DNA from: a virus | Lineage: Duplodnaviria; Caudoviricetes | IMG/VR virus record: IMGVR_UViG_2623620540_000004 | Span: 1,159-65,158 of that record | Strand: one strand, 5' to 3' | Length of the DNA: 64,000 nucleotides | Part shown: positions 51,692 to 61,182 of the stretch, one piece after another | Position numbering within the stretch: the first letter of the stretch is position 1 | Layout: each line of letters starts with the position of its first letter | Position numbers and translations under genes: made by a program | The notes under the pieces: generated by a model | The model's input: the letters and a program-made list of their open reading frames with translations, nothing else | What the model was told of the DNA's origin: nothing | The model's database searches: none

Positions 51692-51957
51692 GCGCCCTGG
51701 AACCGGGCCTGGTCGCCCAGCTGCTTGCGCACGAGCCAGCGCCGGCCGAGAAGGCGCTGCGCAAGATCGTCTCGCTGTTCACCGACAACGCCTTCATGAG
51801 CGGCCACGAGCTGCGCGTGCTGGAAATCGCAATGGAAGGCTTGGGCGCGTCGGCCAGCGAGCGGCGCCAGGCGATCGAGGGCGCGATTCAGTTGCGGCGC
51901 AACCGGGTCATGGGTCGCTACGCCGAGCAAGGGAGGGCTGGCGATGAAGTTGCGTGA
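51688..51957 (+). CDS. Hypothetical protein
   Basis: 89 aa, GTGA-coupled. Confidence 0.55.
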   Translation: MSALEPGLVAQLLAHEPAPAEKALRKIVSLFTDNAFMSGHELRVLEIAMEGLGASASERRQAIEGAIQLRRNRVMGRYAEQGRAGDEVA

Positions 51958-52078
51958 AATCCTCACCATCGGGGCCCTACTCACCCTGGTCGCGCTCACC
52001 TACGGCTACATGCAGGAAGCCGACGCCCGCGCAGCGCAGCACGAGCAAGAAATTTGGACCGGCAAGGTCGATAAGTAG
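51944..52078 (+). CDS. Small membrane peptide
   Basis: MKLREILTIGALLTLVALTYGYMQ; GGGAGG RBS. Confidence 0.5.
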   Translation: MKLREILTIGALLTLVALTYGYMQEADARAAQHEQEIWTGKVDK

Positions 52079-52145
52079 CCGGCGCCGCACCACCACCAAT
52101 TTACCCGCCACCGGCGGCAACAACGAAGTCCACCTGGAGAGAAGC

Positions 52146-53264
52146 ATGAACGCAGTTACGAAAGAAAGCCAAGCCGCTATGCAGTTTGCGCCCGCCCCCG
52201 CTGACCTACCAATGGTCGCCACCAGTAGCGCCTCGCTGATACTGGACAGCGCGAGCATGGACAGCATCATGCGTCTGGCGGACATCATGGCGAAGGGTCG
52301 CTCTACGATCCCAGAGCACCTGCGGGGCAACGCAGCCGACTGCGCCGCAGTGGTTATGCAGGCCGTCCAGTGGCGCATGAATCCATTTGCCGTCGCTCAA
52401 AAGACCCATCTTGTCAACGGGGCGCTGGGCTACGAGGCGCAACTGGTCAATGCTGTGATCCAGTCGAGCGGCGTCGCAGAAGATCGCTTCAACTACGAAT
52501 GGTACGGTCCATGGGAACGGATCATCGGCAAGACCAAAGTCATCACAGTGCCGGCCAAGGCCGACAAGAAAGAATACCAATTCCGCGTACCGGATTACGG
52601 CATGGAAGCCGAGGCAGGTCTCGGCGTGCGCGTGTCTTGCACGTTGAAGGGAGAATCGGAGCCTCGCGTTCTTGATCTGCTGCTGGTCCAAGCTAGTGTT
52701 CGCAACTCGCCACTTTGGGCGTCCGACCCGAAACAGCAACTGGCGTACCTTGCCGTGAAGCGCTGGACTCGACTGCACGCGCCGGACGTGATCCTGGGCG
52801 TCTACACCCCCGATGAGTTGGAGGAGGTCAACCGCGAGATCCGGGATATCACCCCAATGGCTGAGCATGTCACCGGCACCGTGCCTGCACCCGAGGCAGC
52901 GCCGGAACTGATTCACGAAGCACAGGCTGCCGCGTCCAAGGGCGTCGCCGCCTACCAGAAATTCTGGAGCGACACCGGTGCGCCAAACCGCAAGTCACTT
53001 GCCGCCCATCACGATGGCTGGAAAGCTGCGGCGACCGCCGCCGACCAAGGCCGCACCATCGACGCCGAGCCGACCGCTGGTACCACGAAGCCGCTGTCGG
53101 CGGACATGCAAGCACTGCTGGCCGACCTCACGGCCGACGCTGATGCCGGTGCCGACTTCTTCGACGAAGTATGGGGGCGCCTGTCGCCGGCTACGCAAGA
53201 CTGCCTGGTCAATGAATATCCCAAGTTGAAGGCCCGCGCCGAGGCAGTTGGAGCGGGCAAATGA
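52146..53264 (+). CDS. recT: RecT-family single-strand annealing protein
   Basis: P.HLRG..ADC.AV..QA..W.MNPFAVAQKT, YEAQLV, W..DP.QQLAYLA.KRW.R...PDVILGVY. Confidence 0.9.
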   Translation: MNAVTKESQAAMQFAPAPADLPMVATSSASLILDSASMDSIMRLADIMAKGRSTIPEHLRGNAADCAAVVMQAVQWRMNPFAVAQKTHLVNGALGYEAQLVNAVIQSSGVAEDRFNYEWYGPWERIIGKTKVITVPAKADKKEYQFRVPDYGMEAEAGLGVRVSCTLKGESEPRVLDLLLVQASVRNSPLWASDPKQQLAYLAVKRWTRLHAPDVILGVYTPDELEEVNREIRDITPMAEHVTGTVPAPEAAPELIHEAQAAASKGVAAYQKFWSDTGAPNRKSLAAHHDGWKAAATAADQGRTIDAEPTAGTTKPLSADMQALLADLTADADAGADFFDEVWGRLSPATQDCLVNEYPKLKARAEAVGAGK

Positions 53265-54031
53265 TCGTCTTGAACTGCGCCCAAGGAAGCCCGGAATGGC
53301 ACCAGGCCCGCGCGGGCGTGATCACGGCCAGCATGTTCGTGGTTGCCCGCTCGCGCACCGGCGGCCTTGACGAGAAGCAGCAGGCGTACGTCACCGCGAT
53401 GCGCTCCGGCATGAGCGAGGGTGCTGCCCGCGATCTGGCCGGCTACCGTGCGGCGCCGAAAGCCGAATCCATCCAGCGCGCCATCGAAGGCTTGCCGGTT
53501 GGTGACTTCTCGGAAGCGGCCAAGGCCTACGCCTTTCGCCTGGCCATCGAGCGTATCAGCGGCATGCCCCTGGATGAAAGCTTCGAAACATACGCCATGC
53601 GGCGCGGCCACGAACTGGAGCCGGCAGCGCGGCGAGAGCACGAGATTGCCAGCGGCCACATGGTGCAGCGTGCGGGTTTCGTTCTCTCTGGTGACCACCT
53701 GTTCGGCGCCAGCGCCGACGGCCTGATCGGCAAGGACGGCGGCAGTGAATACAAATGCCTGATATCGCCGGAGCGCCTGCAACGCATCTACATCGACGGC
53801 GACGCGAGCGAGTTCATGGACCAGGTGCAGGGCTGCATGTGGCTCACGGCGCGGAAGTGGTGGGACTTCTGTGTGTACTGCCCCGCGATGGAAATCATCG
53901 ACAAGCACCTCTGGATGCGCACCTACCAGCGCGACGACGAGTACATCGACCAGATGGTCGAGGAGCTTGCCGAGTTTGAAAAATTGGTCACCCACTACGA
54001 AACTACTTTACGGATGAAGGAAGCAGTATGA
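53261..54031 (+). CDS. YqaJ / lambda-exonuclease family protein
   Basis: QGSPEW..AR.G.ITAS, GASADGL, EYKC, QVQGCMW. Confidence 0.92.
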   Translation: MIVLNCAQGSPEWHQARAGVITASMFVVARSRTGGLDEKQQAYVTAMRSGMSEGAARDLAGYRAAPKAESIQRAIEGLPVGDFSEAAKAYAFRLAIERISGMPLDESFETYAMRRGHELEPAARREHEIASGHMVQRAGFVLSGDHLFGASADGLIGKDGGSEYKCLISPERLQRIYIDGDASEFMDQVQGCMWLTARKWWDFCVYCPAMEIIDKHLWMRTYQRDDEYIDQMVEELAEFEKLVTHYETTLRMKEAV

Positions 54032-55527
54032 ACAACCACCCAGCAGAAAACGAAGCCGTCGGCGCCGTCGCAATCCAGGCTGGCACCGGTGCGCCCGCCA
54101 CCAGCCAACTGATCACCCTGGATCCAGCCAAGTATGTCGCGGAGGTGTTTAAACCATTCAACGACAAACTGGAAACTTTGAAGGTTGAAGCTGACGCCAT
54201 TACCCCTGACGCCAGCACCACCGCCGGCATGGACGTCTGCATCAAGTACCGTGCCGCTTTCCGCGACGACGTGCGCATCGCCGGCGAGAAGGCCCGTGCC
54301 GACCGCAAGGCGCCAATCCTCCAGATCGGCAAGCTGCTTGACACAAAGTACCGCGACCTGCTCGAGGCGGTGGCGCCGTATGAGGCGAAGTTTCACAACG
54401 CCATCGAGGCCGAGAAAAAGCGCAAGGAAGATTTGAAGGCAGCCGAGGCAGCGCGCGCCGAGCAGACCCGCCTTCGCGTCGTCGCTATCCGCGAACTGCC
54501 GCTCCAGGCCGTCGGCCAGTCGGCCGAGGTCATTGCCAAGATGGTGGCGGCGCTGGAAGCCGACGAGCCTGATGACACCTTCGGCACGCTGCTGGATGCG
54601 GCCAAAACGGCGCGCACCGAGGTGCTGGCCAAGCTCGCCGCGTTGCAAGTCACCGCGAGCGAGTCGGAAGCAGAAGCCGCCCGCATCACCGCCGAGCGCG
54701 CCGAACTGGCGCAACTGCGCGAAGCCGCCGCCGAACGTCAGCGCCTGGCGCAAGCCGAGGCCGAGCGCGTGGCCGCAGCACAGAAGGCGGAGGCCGACCG
54801 CCTGGCCGCGCTGGCCGCCGAACAGGAAGCCGCTGCACTGCGCGAGCGTGAAGCTGCCGCTGCGCGCCTGAAAGCCGAAGCCGACGCCCAGGCCGAAAAG
54901 AATCGCCTTGCCCAAGCTGAAATCGACCGCCAGCTCGCAGAGATTGCCGCAACCAAGGCCGCCGCCGAGGCTGCCCAGCGCCGCGCAGATGCCGAACGCC
55001 AGGCGAGCGAGACGAAAGCTGCTGCTGAGCGCCAGGCTGCCGCCGACCAGGCCGAGCGCAACCGCGTGGCTGCCGAAACGAAGGCGCAGATGGAGCAGCA
55101 GGCCGCCCAAGTGTCCGCCCAGCGCGCGGCGCAGGCCACGGCCGACCGCGCCACTCAGGTAGCACAGCCATCCATTCGGAGCGCCATCGCCGCCGCGCAC
55201 CAGGGCATCGCCCAGGATCAGGCCGCTGCGCTGGCCGATCAGGGCCAACTGGCCGACCTCGCAAATGCGCAGAACGGCGCGGCCGTCGCCGACGACCTGT
55301 TCTCGATCGGCAGCGCCGCCAGTGCGACCACGCCGCCAGCCTTGCGCCTCGGCCAGATCGGCGAGCGCCTGGGCATTTCGCTGACGGCCGAATTTCTGAC
55401 TTCGCTTGGCTTCGCCCCGGCGGCCACCGACCGCGCCGCCAAGCTGTATCACGACGCCGATTTCCCGCGCATGTGCGCTGCGCTGACCCGGCACATCGCC
55501 GCCGTCCAGGCCAAGTTTTCCGTCTAA
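54028..55527 (+). CDS. Ala/Glu-rich coiled-coil phage protein
   Basis: 499 aa, long low-complexity helical centre; C-terminal LRLGQI.ERLG..LT..FL..LGF. Confidence 0.75.
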   Translation: MNNHPAENEAVGAVAIQAGTGAPATSQLITLDPAKYVAEVFKPFNDKLETLKVEADAITPDASTTAGMDVCIKYRAAFRDDVRIAGEKARADRKAPILQIGKLLDTKYRDLLEAVAPYEAKFHNAIEAEKKRKEDLKAAEAARAEQTRLRVVAIRELPLQAVGQSAEVIAKMVAALEADEPDDTFGTLLDAAKTARTEVLAKLAALQVTASESEAEAARITAERAELAQLREAAAERQRLAQAEAERVAAAQKAEADRLAALAAEQEAAALREREAAAARLKAEADAQAEKNRLAQAEIDRQLAEIAATKAAAEAAQRRADAERQASETKAAAERQAAADQAERNRVAAETKAQMEQQAAQVSAQRAAQATADRATQVAQPSIRSAIAAAHQGIAQDQAAALADQGQLADLANAQNGAAVADDLFSIGSAASATTPPALRLGQIGERLGISLTAEFLTSLGFAPAATDRAAKLYHDADFPRMCAALTRHIAAVQAKFSV

Positions 55528-55551
55528 CCAGTTCACCACCAGGAGCCATCC

Positions 55552-56250
55552 ATGAACGCAAACAGCATTGCCCTCACCCCGGTCAAGTCCAGCAAGCTGC
55601 ACGCCATCGGCCACGACGCCGCCAGCCAGACTCTAGCCGTCCAGTTCTTTGCCAAGGGCGCGCCCGGCAACGTGTACCACTACGCCAATTTCACGGCGCA
55701 AGAATTCACCGCATTCGCAGGCGCCGAGTCGGTGGGCAAGCACTTCATCGCGCACATCCAGCCGCACAAGCAAAAGCACCCTTACCAGAACATGGGCGTG
55801 CCGGTGGCGGCGCCGGTTGCGGCACCGAAGTTGAGCAAGGAACTGCTGGCCGTGGCGCTGCACGGCCGCGAATACCCCTTCGACCTGACGAAGGAAGAGC
55901 AGGCCCAGGCTAAGGCGGCCGGCCTGCTGGTGATCTTCGGCGCCAGTGACGACCTGATGGAACTGCGCGGCATCGAATGCGACGAGATCGGTGCGCCTGG
56001 TGTGGCCCTGATCGACGCGAAGGGCTTGCTGCCGAATCGCGACAGCATCGATGACGACGCGGTGCTCAAGGACTTCTTCGCCCGCGAGCCGCTGGCGCGC
56101 AAGGTCGAGGCTCTGTGGGCTGCCGAGGATGACACCAGCTGGACCTACCGCACCGACGTTCCGCATGCCACCTTCGACATCATGGAAGACGGCATCGTGT
56201 ACTGCCGTGGCATCGTCATTGACGTGGCCGACCTGGGCGGTGCAGCGTGA
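55552..56250 (+). CDS. KTSC-domain protein with additional C-terminal domain
   Basis: V.SS.L.AIGHD...TL.VQF....YHY..F....F..F..A.SVGKHF. Confidence 0.8.
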   Translation: MNANSIALTPVKSSKLHAIGHDAASQTLAVQFFAKGAPGNVYHYANFTAQEFTAFAGAESVGKHFIAHIQPHKQKHPYQNMGVPVAAPVAAPKLSKELLAVALHGREYPFDLTKEEQAQAKAAGLLVIFGASDDLMELRGIECDEIGAPGVALIDAKGLLPNRDSIDDDAVLKDFFAREPLARKVEALWAAEDDTSWTYRTDVPHATFDIMEDGIVYCRGIVIDVADLGGAA

Positions 56251-56477
56251 GCCGCCGGCCACCATCGGCCGCGCAGTTACAGGCGACCTGCAACAAGTTC
56301 AATGCGGCGCACCATGTCGGTGCCGCCGTCACGGTGCAGCTGGATGGTGGCGAGATCCGCGAGACCATCACCACCAGCGAGGCCCAGGTACTCAGCGGCC
56401 ACAGCGCCGTCATCTGGCTCAAGGGAATCAGCGGCTGCTATCTGCTGGACCGCGTGACGCCGGCGACGGCCGTATGA
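56247..56477 (+). CDS. Hypothetical protein
   Basis: 76 aa, coupled. Confidence 0.6.
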   Translation: MSRRPPSAAQLQATCNKFNAAHHVGAAVTVQLDGGEIRETITTSEAQVLSGHSAVIWLKGISGCYLLDRVTPATAV

Positions 56478-57166
56478 GCGCCGCCTGCACCGAAGAGCGA
56501 TTCCTGCTCGACGTGGCCAAGCACGAAATGACCGTGATCCGCGACGACGGCGTGAGCCGCCACATCCGCTTCAAGAAGCCGGAAAGCAGCGACATGTTTT
56601 TCGACCTGATCACCTGGCCCGGCCACCTCTGCTACACCGGCGACATGGGCACGTACGTGTTTCAACGCTTGACGGACATGTTCGAGTTCTTTCGCACTGA
56701 CCGGGAATACAACCAGTCTCGCGGGCGGAAGTTGGGCATCAACCTGGGCTACTGGACCGAAAAGTTGATCGCGGTAGATGGTAACCGCCATGGCGGCAAG
56801 CCTAAGGCGTTCGATGAAGAAAAGTTCAAGCTGGTCATCAACGAATACCGCGTGCAGTGGATGCGTGACGCGAAGGAAAGCAACTCACTGAACAAGGAGG
56901 GGCGACGGGAACTGTGGGAGGCCGTCGAGGACGAGGTGCTTGGCGCGCTGGAAGATGGCGGCGACCGTGCGCAATATGCGGCCTACGACTTTCACCATGC
57001 TGATCCTCGCGACTCGCAGCATCGTGGCTGGCAGTTCGATGACCTGTTCGAGCGCGACTTCACCGAATACACGCACAGCATCATCTGGTGCTGCTACGCG
57101 CTGGCATGGGGTATCGAGAAATACGACGCGGCCAAGCAGTCGGCGGCCGAGGCGGTGCCGGCATGA
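56474..57166 (+). CDS. Hypothetical phage protein
   Basis: DDGV.RH.RF..P.S....FDLITWPGHL..TGDMG.YVF.RL.DMF.FFR pattern. Confidence 0.75.
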   Translation: MSAACTEERFLLDVAKHEMTVIRDDGVSRHIRFKKPESSDMFFDLITWPGHLCYTGDMGTYVFQRLTDMFEFFRTDREYNQSRGRKLGINLGYWTEKLIAVDGNRHGGKPKAFDEEKFKLVINEYRVQWMRDAKESNSLNKEGRRELWEAVEDEVLGALEDGGDRAQYAAYDFHHADPRDSQHRGWQFDDLFERDFTEYTHSIIWCCYALAWGIEKYDAAKQSAAEAVPA

Positions 57167-57351
57167 TCATCGCCGGCACGTTGGTCGAAGTCGGCCAGAT
57201 CGACGACCAGGGCACGCTCGGCGCGGTAGTGCAGCGCCTAAACGGCGAGACCATCACCATCACCGGCCTGACGCTGGACGAGACGCGCGCGGTGGCGCAG
57301 CGCCTGTTTCTGTCGGTGATGATCACGGTGGCTGCGGGAGCACCGCCATGA
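57163..57351 (+). CDS. Hypothetical protein
   Basis: 62 aa, ATGA-coupled at both ends. Confidence 0.55.
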   Translation: MIIAGTLVEVGQIDDQGTLGAVVQRLNGETITITGLTLDETRAVAQRLFLSVMITVAAGAPP

Positions 57352-57761
57352 CGCGCCAAACGTTTTTCCTCGTACACGCCGAGGCCCGGCGCCGCGCAGC
57401 AGCGTTCGCCGGCACAGCGCCGGAGGGCTGGATGGTCGTCTTCTCCGAGCCGCGCAAGAAGCGGGCCCAGGAGGAAAAGTACCACGCGATGATCGGCGAG
57501 ATCGCGAAACAGATCGAACACATCGGCCGCAAGTGGGACGCGGACGACATGAAGCGCCTGCTGGTGGACGAGTTTGCCGAAGAGATGCGCTTGGCCTGCA
57601 CGCCGCTGCATCACGACGGCCGCGTCACCGTGAGCTTCGACGGGCGCCGCACCGTGCAACTCGGCATCCAGACCGCCGAGTTCTACGTGAAGGAAGCGGC
57701 GCAGTTCATTGAATTTTTGTACGCCTTCGGCACCGCGCGCGGCGTCGTATTTTCAGAATAG
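57348..57761 (+). CDS. ninB: NinB/Orf-family recombination protein
   Basis: R...Q..KYHAMIGEIAKQ...G.KW...DMKRL...T..F...EAAQFIEFLYAFG..RGV.FS. Confidence 0.85.
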   Translation: MTRQTFFLVHAEARRRAAAFAGTAPEGWMVVFSEPRKKRAQEEKYHAMIGEIAKQIEHIGRKWDADDMKRLLVDEFAEEMRLACTPLHHDGRVTVSFDGRRTVQLGIQTAEFYVKEAAQFIEFLYAFGTARGVVFSE

Positions 57762-57768
57762 GATCACC

Positions 57769-59214
57769 ATGTTTAAGAACCTCCAAATTTACCGCCTGCC
57801 GAGCAACTGGCCAATGACCGCCGAGGCCCTGGTGGCCGCGCTCGAGCCGCACGCCTTCACCCCAGCCAGCAGCTACGAACTGCTGCGCCAGGGCTGGTCC
57901 GCGCCGCGCCCGAATGGCGACCTGGTCCACGTGGTCAACAAGCAGTACCTGCTCAAGCTCGAAACCGAGAAGAAGCTGCTGCCGTCCACCGTGGTCAACC
58001 AGGTGGCCGCCGCGCGCGCCGCCGAGATGGAAGAGGCCCAAGGCTTCGCGCCGGGCAAGAAAGCCATGAAAGAATTGAAGGAGCGCGTGGCCGACGAGCT
58101 GCTGCCGCGTGCGTTCAGCATCAAGGCGCAGACGTTGGTGTGGATCGATCCGGTCAACGGCTGGTTGGTGGTCGATGCCGCCAGCCCATCGAAGGCCGAC
58201 GAGGTGATCAAGCTGCTGCTCAAGGCCGTGGACAAACTGCCACTGGAAAGCCTGCGCGTGCAGCGCTCGCCCGTGGGCGTGATGACCGAATGGCTGCAAA
58301 CCGACGAGGCGCCGGTCGGCTTCACCGTCGACATGGACGCCACGCTGCGCGCCACCGGCGAGAGCAAGGCCCAGGTCGCGTACAAACGCCACACCCTGGA
58401 GCCCGGCGAGGTGCGCCGCCACATCGAGGCCGGCAAGCAGTGCACGCGGCTGGCCATGACGTGGGAAAGCAAAATCTCGTTTGTGCTCGACGAGACCCTG
58501 GCCATTAAGTCGGTCAAGGCGCTCGACGTGCTGAGCGAGAAAGAGTCGAGCACCCGCAACGAGGCCGAACGCTTCGATGGCGACTTCATTCTGATGACCG
58601 GAGAACTGGCGAAGATGCTGGCTGCCGTGGTGGAAGCGCTGGGCGGCGAGGCAACGATGGATGCGCCTGGCGTGGAGAAGCGTGCGGCTCCACCCGGCCA
58701 GCAGAATGTCGAGCGCGCAGTGCGCCTGGGCGCAGAGCTGTACAAGCAGCGCGCCCTCCACCGCGACGTGCTGGGCACGCTGTACGAGCAGACGATCGAG
58801 CCTTACATGGCGCGCGTCCGGGCGCGAATGGATGAAGCCGGCGGCGCCGTCGAGGCCGCCATCGCACTGGCGAAGGAGCAGGCCACCGGCTCGACTTCGG
58901 CCCAACTGTTCCTGGTTGCGGCGGTGGAGATTGTGGAACCGAGTCCGCGCCCGGCAGCCGGCGACGAACCAGTGCGGGAGCAGCGCGTGGTGACGAGCCT
59001 AGCCGACGACGTGCCGGTCGGCGACGGCAGCGCCACCGATCCGCTGTACGACCAGGCCGTAGCCGTGGTGCGCACCAACCAGCGCGCGTCGATCTCGCTG
59101 ATCCAGCGCCACCTGCGTGTTGGATATAACCGCGCGTCACGCCTGCTGGAGAACATGGAGGGATCCGTCGTCGGGCCGCTAATGTCGAACGGCAATCGCG
59201 AGCTACTCAAATAA
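57769..59214 (+). CDS. rdgC: RdgC recombination-associated protein fused to FtsK gamma domain
   Basis: MFKNLQIYRL...EKKLLP..VVN...LLPRAF RdgC; C-terminal DPLYDQAV.VV....RASISLIQRHLRVGYNRASRL. Confidence 0.92.
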   Translation: MFKNLQIYRLPSNWPMTAEALVAALEPHAFTPASSYELLRQGWSAPRPNGDLVHVVNKQYLLKLETEKKLLPSTVVNQVAAARAAEMEEAQGFAPGKKAMKELKERVADELLPRAFSIKAQTLVWIDPVNGWLVVDAASPSKADEVIKLLLKAVDKLPLESLRVQRSPVGVMTEWLQTDEAPVGFTVDMDATLRATGESKAQVAYKRHTLEPGEVRRHIEAGKQCTRLAMTWESKISFVLDETLAIKSVKALDVLSEKESSTRNEAERFDGDFILMTGELAKMLAAVVEALGGEATMDAPGVEKRAAPPGQQNVERAVRLGAELYKQRALHRDVLGTLYEQTIEPYMARVRARMDEAGGAVEAAIALAKEQATGSTSAQLFLVAAVEIVEPSPRPAAGDEPVREQRVVTSLADDVPVGDGSATDPLYDQAVAVVRTNQRASISLIQRHLRVGYNRASRLLENMEGSVVGPLMSNGNRELLK

Positions 59215-59238
59215 AAAGGTATTAACACGGCATGAATC

Positions 59239-59856
59239 TCAATACTCAACATGCGTAGTCCCAACGAAAAATCGATGGCACTCGGTGGCCGCAACGTCAA
59301 GACTTCCGGCAACCTGATTAAGGTATCGGATTGCTTCCTCCTCAATTTCCTGGGAGCGCTCAGGGCTAAGGATTCGCCTTGGGTTTCCCGATCGGAGCAA
59401 GCCAACACAGTGTCGGAGAACATCTCTGGCGGCAACGAGTTCGGAGGTGACATTGCGGGGCAAAATCATCAAGGGCAATACCTCGTCATCGGTCCACAGA
59501 TCTGCTTTGGCGATCTCTTCCGCCATTTGCTCATATCGGAAACCTTGAACCTCGGCACTCGTCAGACCGTATTTCACATCTTGAACAAGTTTCAACGCAG
59601 ATGTAATCCGAAGTTGCAAGGCAGAGGCAGCTACTGCAGCTCGCGCGGACTGCTCCCGAACACGAGTTCGCTCGGCAGCGGTCGCGAGCCAGATGGTTCC
59701 GATCAACGTACCAACCGTTCCAATTGCGCCCGCCCAGGCAGCACAGTCGGCGGAAGTTACAGGAGGGGCGCAATACAGCGACGCTCCGAAGTAGCCAAGG
59801 AAGAAGCTAGCGCATGCGGTAGCGAGGCAGCCGCCAGCAATTTTAAATATTCTCAT
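59239..59856 (-). CDS. Antisense membrane moron B (paralogue of moron A)
   Basis: WAGAIGTVGTLIGTIWLA TM motif; AT-richer; opposite to PL operon. Confidence 0.75.
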   Translation of the reverse strand: MRIFKIAGGCLATACASFFLGYFGASLYCAPPVTSADCAAWAGAIGTVGTLIGTIWLATAAERTRVREQSARAAVAASALQLRITSALKLVQDVKYGLTSAEVQGFRYEQMAEEIAKADLWTDDEVLPLMILPRNVTSELVAARDVLRHCVGLLRSGNPRRILSPERSQEIEEEAIRYLNQVAGSLDVAATECHRFFVGTTHVEY

Positions 59857-59870
59857 TAGGAAATAATAAC

Positions 59871-60503
59871 ATGAGCAATGAACGCCCCATCCTCATGAAC
59901 GGCGCCATGGTGCGCGCCACGCTGGACGGCAGCAAGACGCAGACGCGGCGGATCATGAAGCCGCAGCCAGAAGTGCGCCCAAGCAGCGATGGCCAGCACT
60001 GGTGGCCGTCGAATCTCGCACAGTCGATGATGTCCGTGGAGCAATTCCAGCAGCACCCCGGCATATTTGATGACCTGTGCCCGCACGGCCGCCCAGGAGA
60101 TCGACTTTGGGTGCGCGAAGCTTTCGCCCGTACAGCCGTTTGTCAGGCGCCCGGTCAAGAATGGGTGGTCTATCGCGAAGGCGACAACCGCACCGACTAC
60201 GGCGGCCCCTGGAAGCCGAGCATCCACATGCCGCGCTCAGCCAGTCGCATCATGCTGGAAATCACCGGCGTTCGCATCGAGCGCCTGCAGGACATCAGCG
60301 ATTCCGACATCGAGGCCGAGGGCATCGACATGGTGGCGCTGGCCGAGGCGCAGGAGCGCTATGACGTGGTGGCGAAGGATGGCAACGCCTCGGGCCGGCC
60401 AACCCTGCGTAGCGCCTGGCGCGATCTATGGGAATCCACTGGTGGAGACTGGGATGCCAACCCGTGGCTGTGGGCTATTTCGTTCCTGCGGGTGAAGCCT
60501 TGA
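59871..60503 (+). CDS. Hypothetical phage protein (ASCH/PUA-like fold, tentative)
   Basis: ERPIL..G.MV.A.L.G.KTQTRR, GDRLWVRE, WKPSIHMPR.ASRI.LEIT.VR.ERLQDI, W..NPW.W. Confidence 0.75.
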   Translation: MSNERPILMNGAMVRATLDGSKTQTRRIMKPQPEVRPSSDGQHWWPSNLAQSMMSVEQFQQHPGIFDDLCPHGRPGDRLWVREAFARTAVCQAPGQEWVVYREGDNRTDYGGPWKPSIHMPRSASRIMLEITGVRIERLQDISDSDIEAEGIDMVALAEAQERYDVVAKDGNASGRPTLRSAWRDLWESTGGDWDANPWLWAISFLRVKP

Positions 60504-60511
60504 ACCGCCAC

Positions 60512-60787
60512 CTAAGCTGGCAGCGTTTCGACTATCTGTCGGAGTCCGCGGTGAGTGCAGGGCCGACCTGGAGCGACCAGTCTCACCAGTGCGTTTCGCT
60601 CAGCCGCAGTCCGGTTGGCGTCGGCATACCCACGGTCGAAAAGCTCTCCAAGGTGGTCAGCGTGGAGACTCTTTTTGCTAGTCGCGTTGAAGCAGATCGA
60701 CGCGCGACCGTTGCGATTCCAGGTTACGCCCAGCTCCCGTGCGGCAGCGCTTTCGATAACTGCGGCGATAAATTCGTTCCGGTCCAT
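60512..60787 (-). CDS. Small antisense hypothetical protein
   Basis: 91 aa from MDRNEF, GGAGG RBS. Confidence 0.55.
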   Translation of the reverse strand: MDRNEFIAAVIESAAARELGVTWNRNGRASICFNATSKKSLHADHLGELFDRGYADANRTAAERNALVRLVAPGRPCTHRGLRQIVETLPA

Positions 60788-60817
60788 AAATCCTCCAAGG
60801 TGAAGGGAAATCGTAGC

Positions 60818-60943
60818 ATGCACTCCAATGACGCGGCCAGCGCAACGAAGTACCTCACAGCCCGCCGCGTCGCCTGCATCGGCGCCCTCAAGCTTTACGG
60901 CCTGGTCCTGGCCGCCCTGCTCTGCGACTGGATGTCGAAGTGA
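60818..60943 (+). CDS. Small membrane peptide
   Basis: 41 aa with hydrophobic C-terminus. Confidence 0.4.
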   Translation: MHSNDAASATKYLTARRVACIGALKLYGLVLAALLCDWMSK

Positions 60944-61182
60944 GCGCGCGCGACGAGGCGCCAGCCGAGCGCGTCAAGACCGCGCAGGATCTGGCCGACG
61001 ATCACGACCTGCGGATCACCCGCGCGCGGCAGCGGTGCCAGGCGGTGGGCTTCAACGGCGCGAAGTACTTCGTCAGCACTTACTGCCACCACGAAGGCGA
61101 TGCGGAAATGGTGGTCTACCTCAAGGGGCGCGCCGATCCGGTGCGGCCATGTGACATAACGATATTGGAGCAACCTGTATGA
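60940..61182 (+). CDS. Hypothetical protein
   Basis: 80 aa, coupled. Confidence 0.55.
   Translation: MSARDEAPAERVKTAQDLADDHDLRITRARQRCQAVGFNGAKYFVSTYCHHEGDAEMVVYLKGRADPVRPCDITILEQPV

Noticed and set aside
54600-55260. Repetitive GCCGCC/GCCGAG-rich stretch
   Set aside because: Low-complexity Ala/Glu coiled-coil coding sequence, not an array
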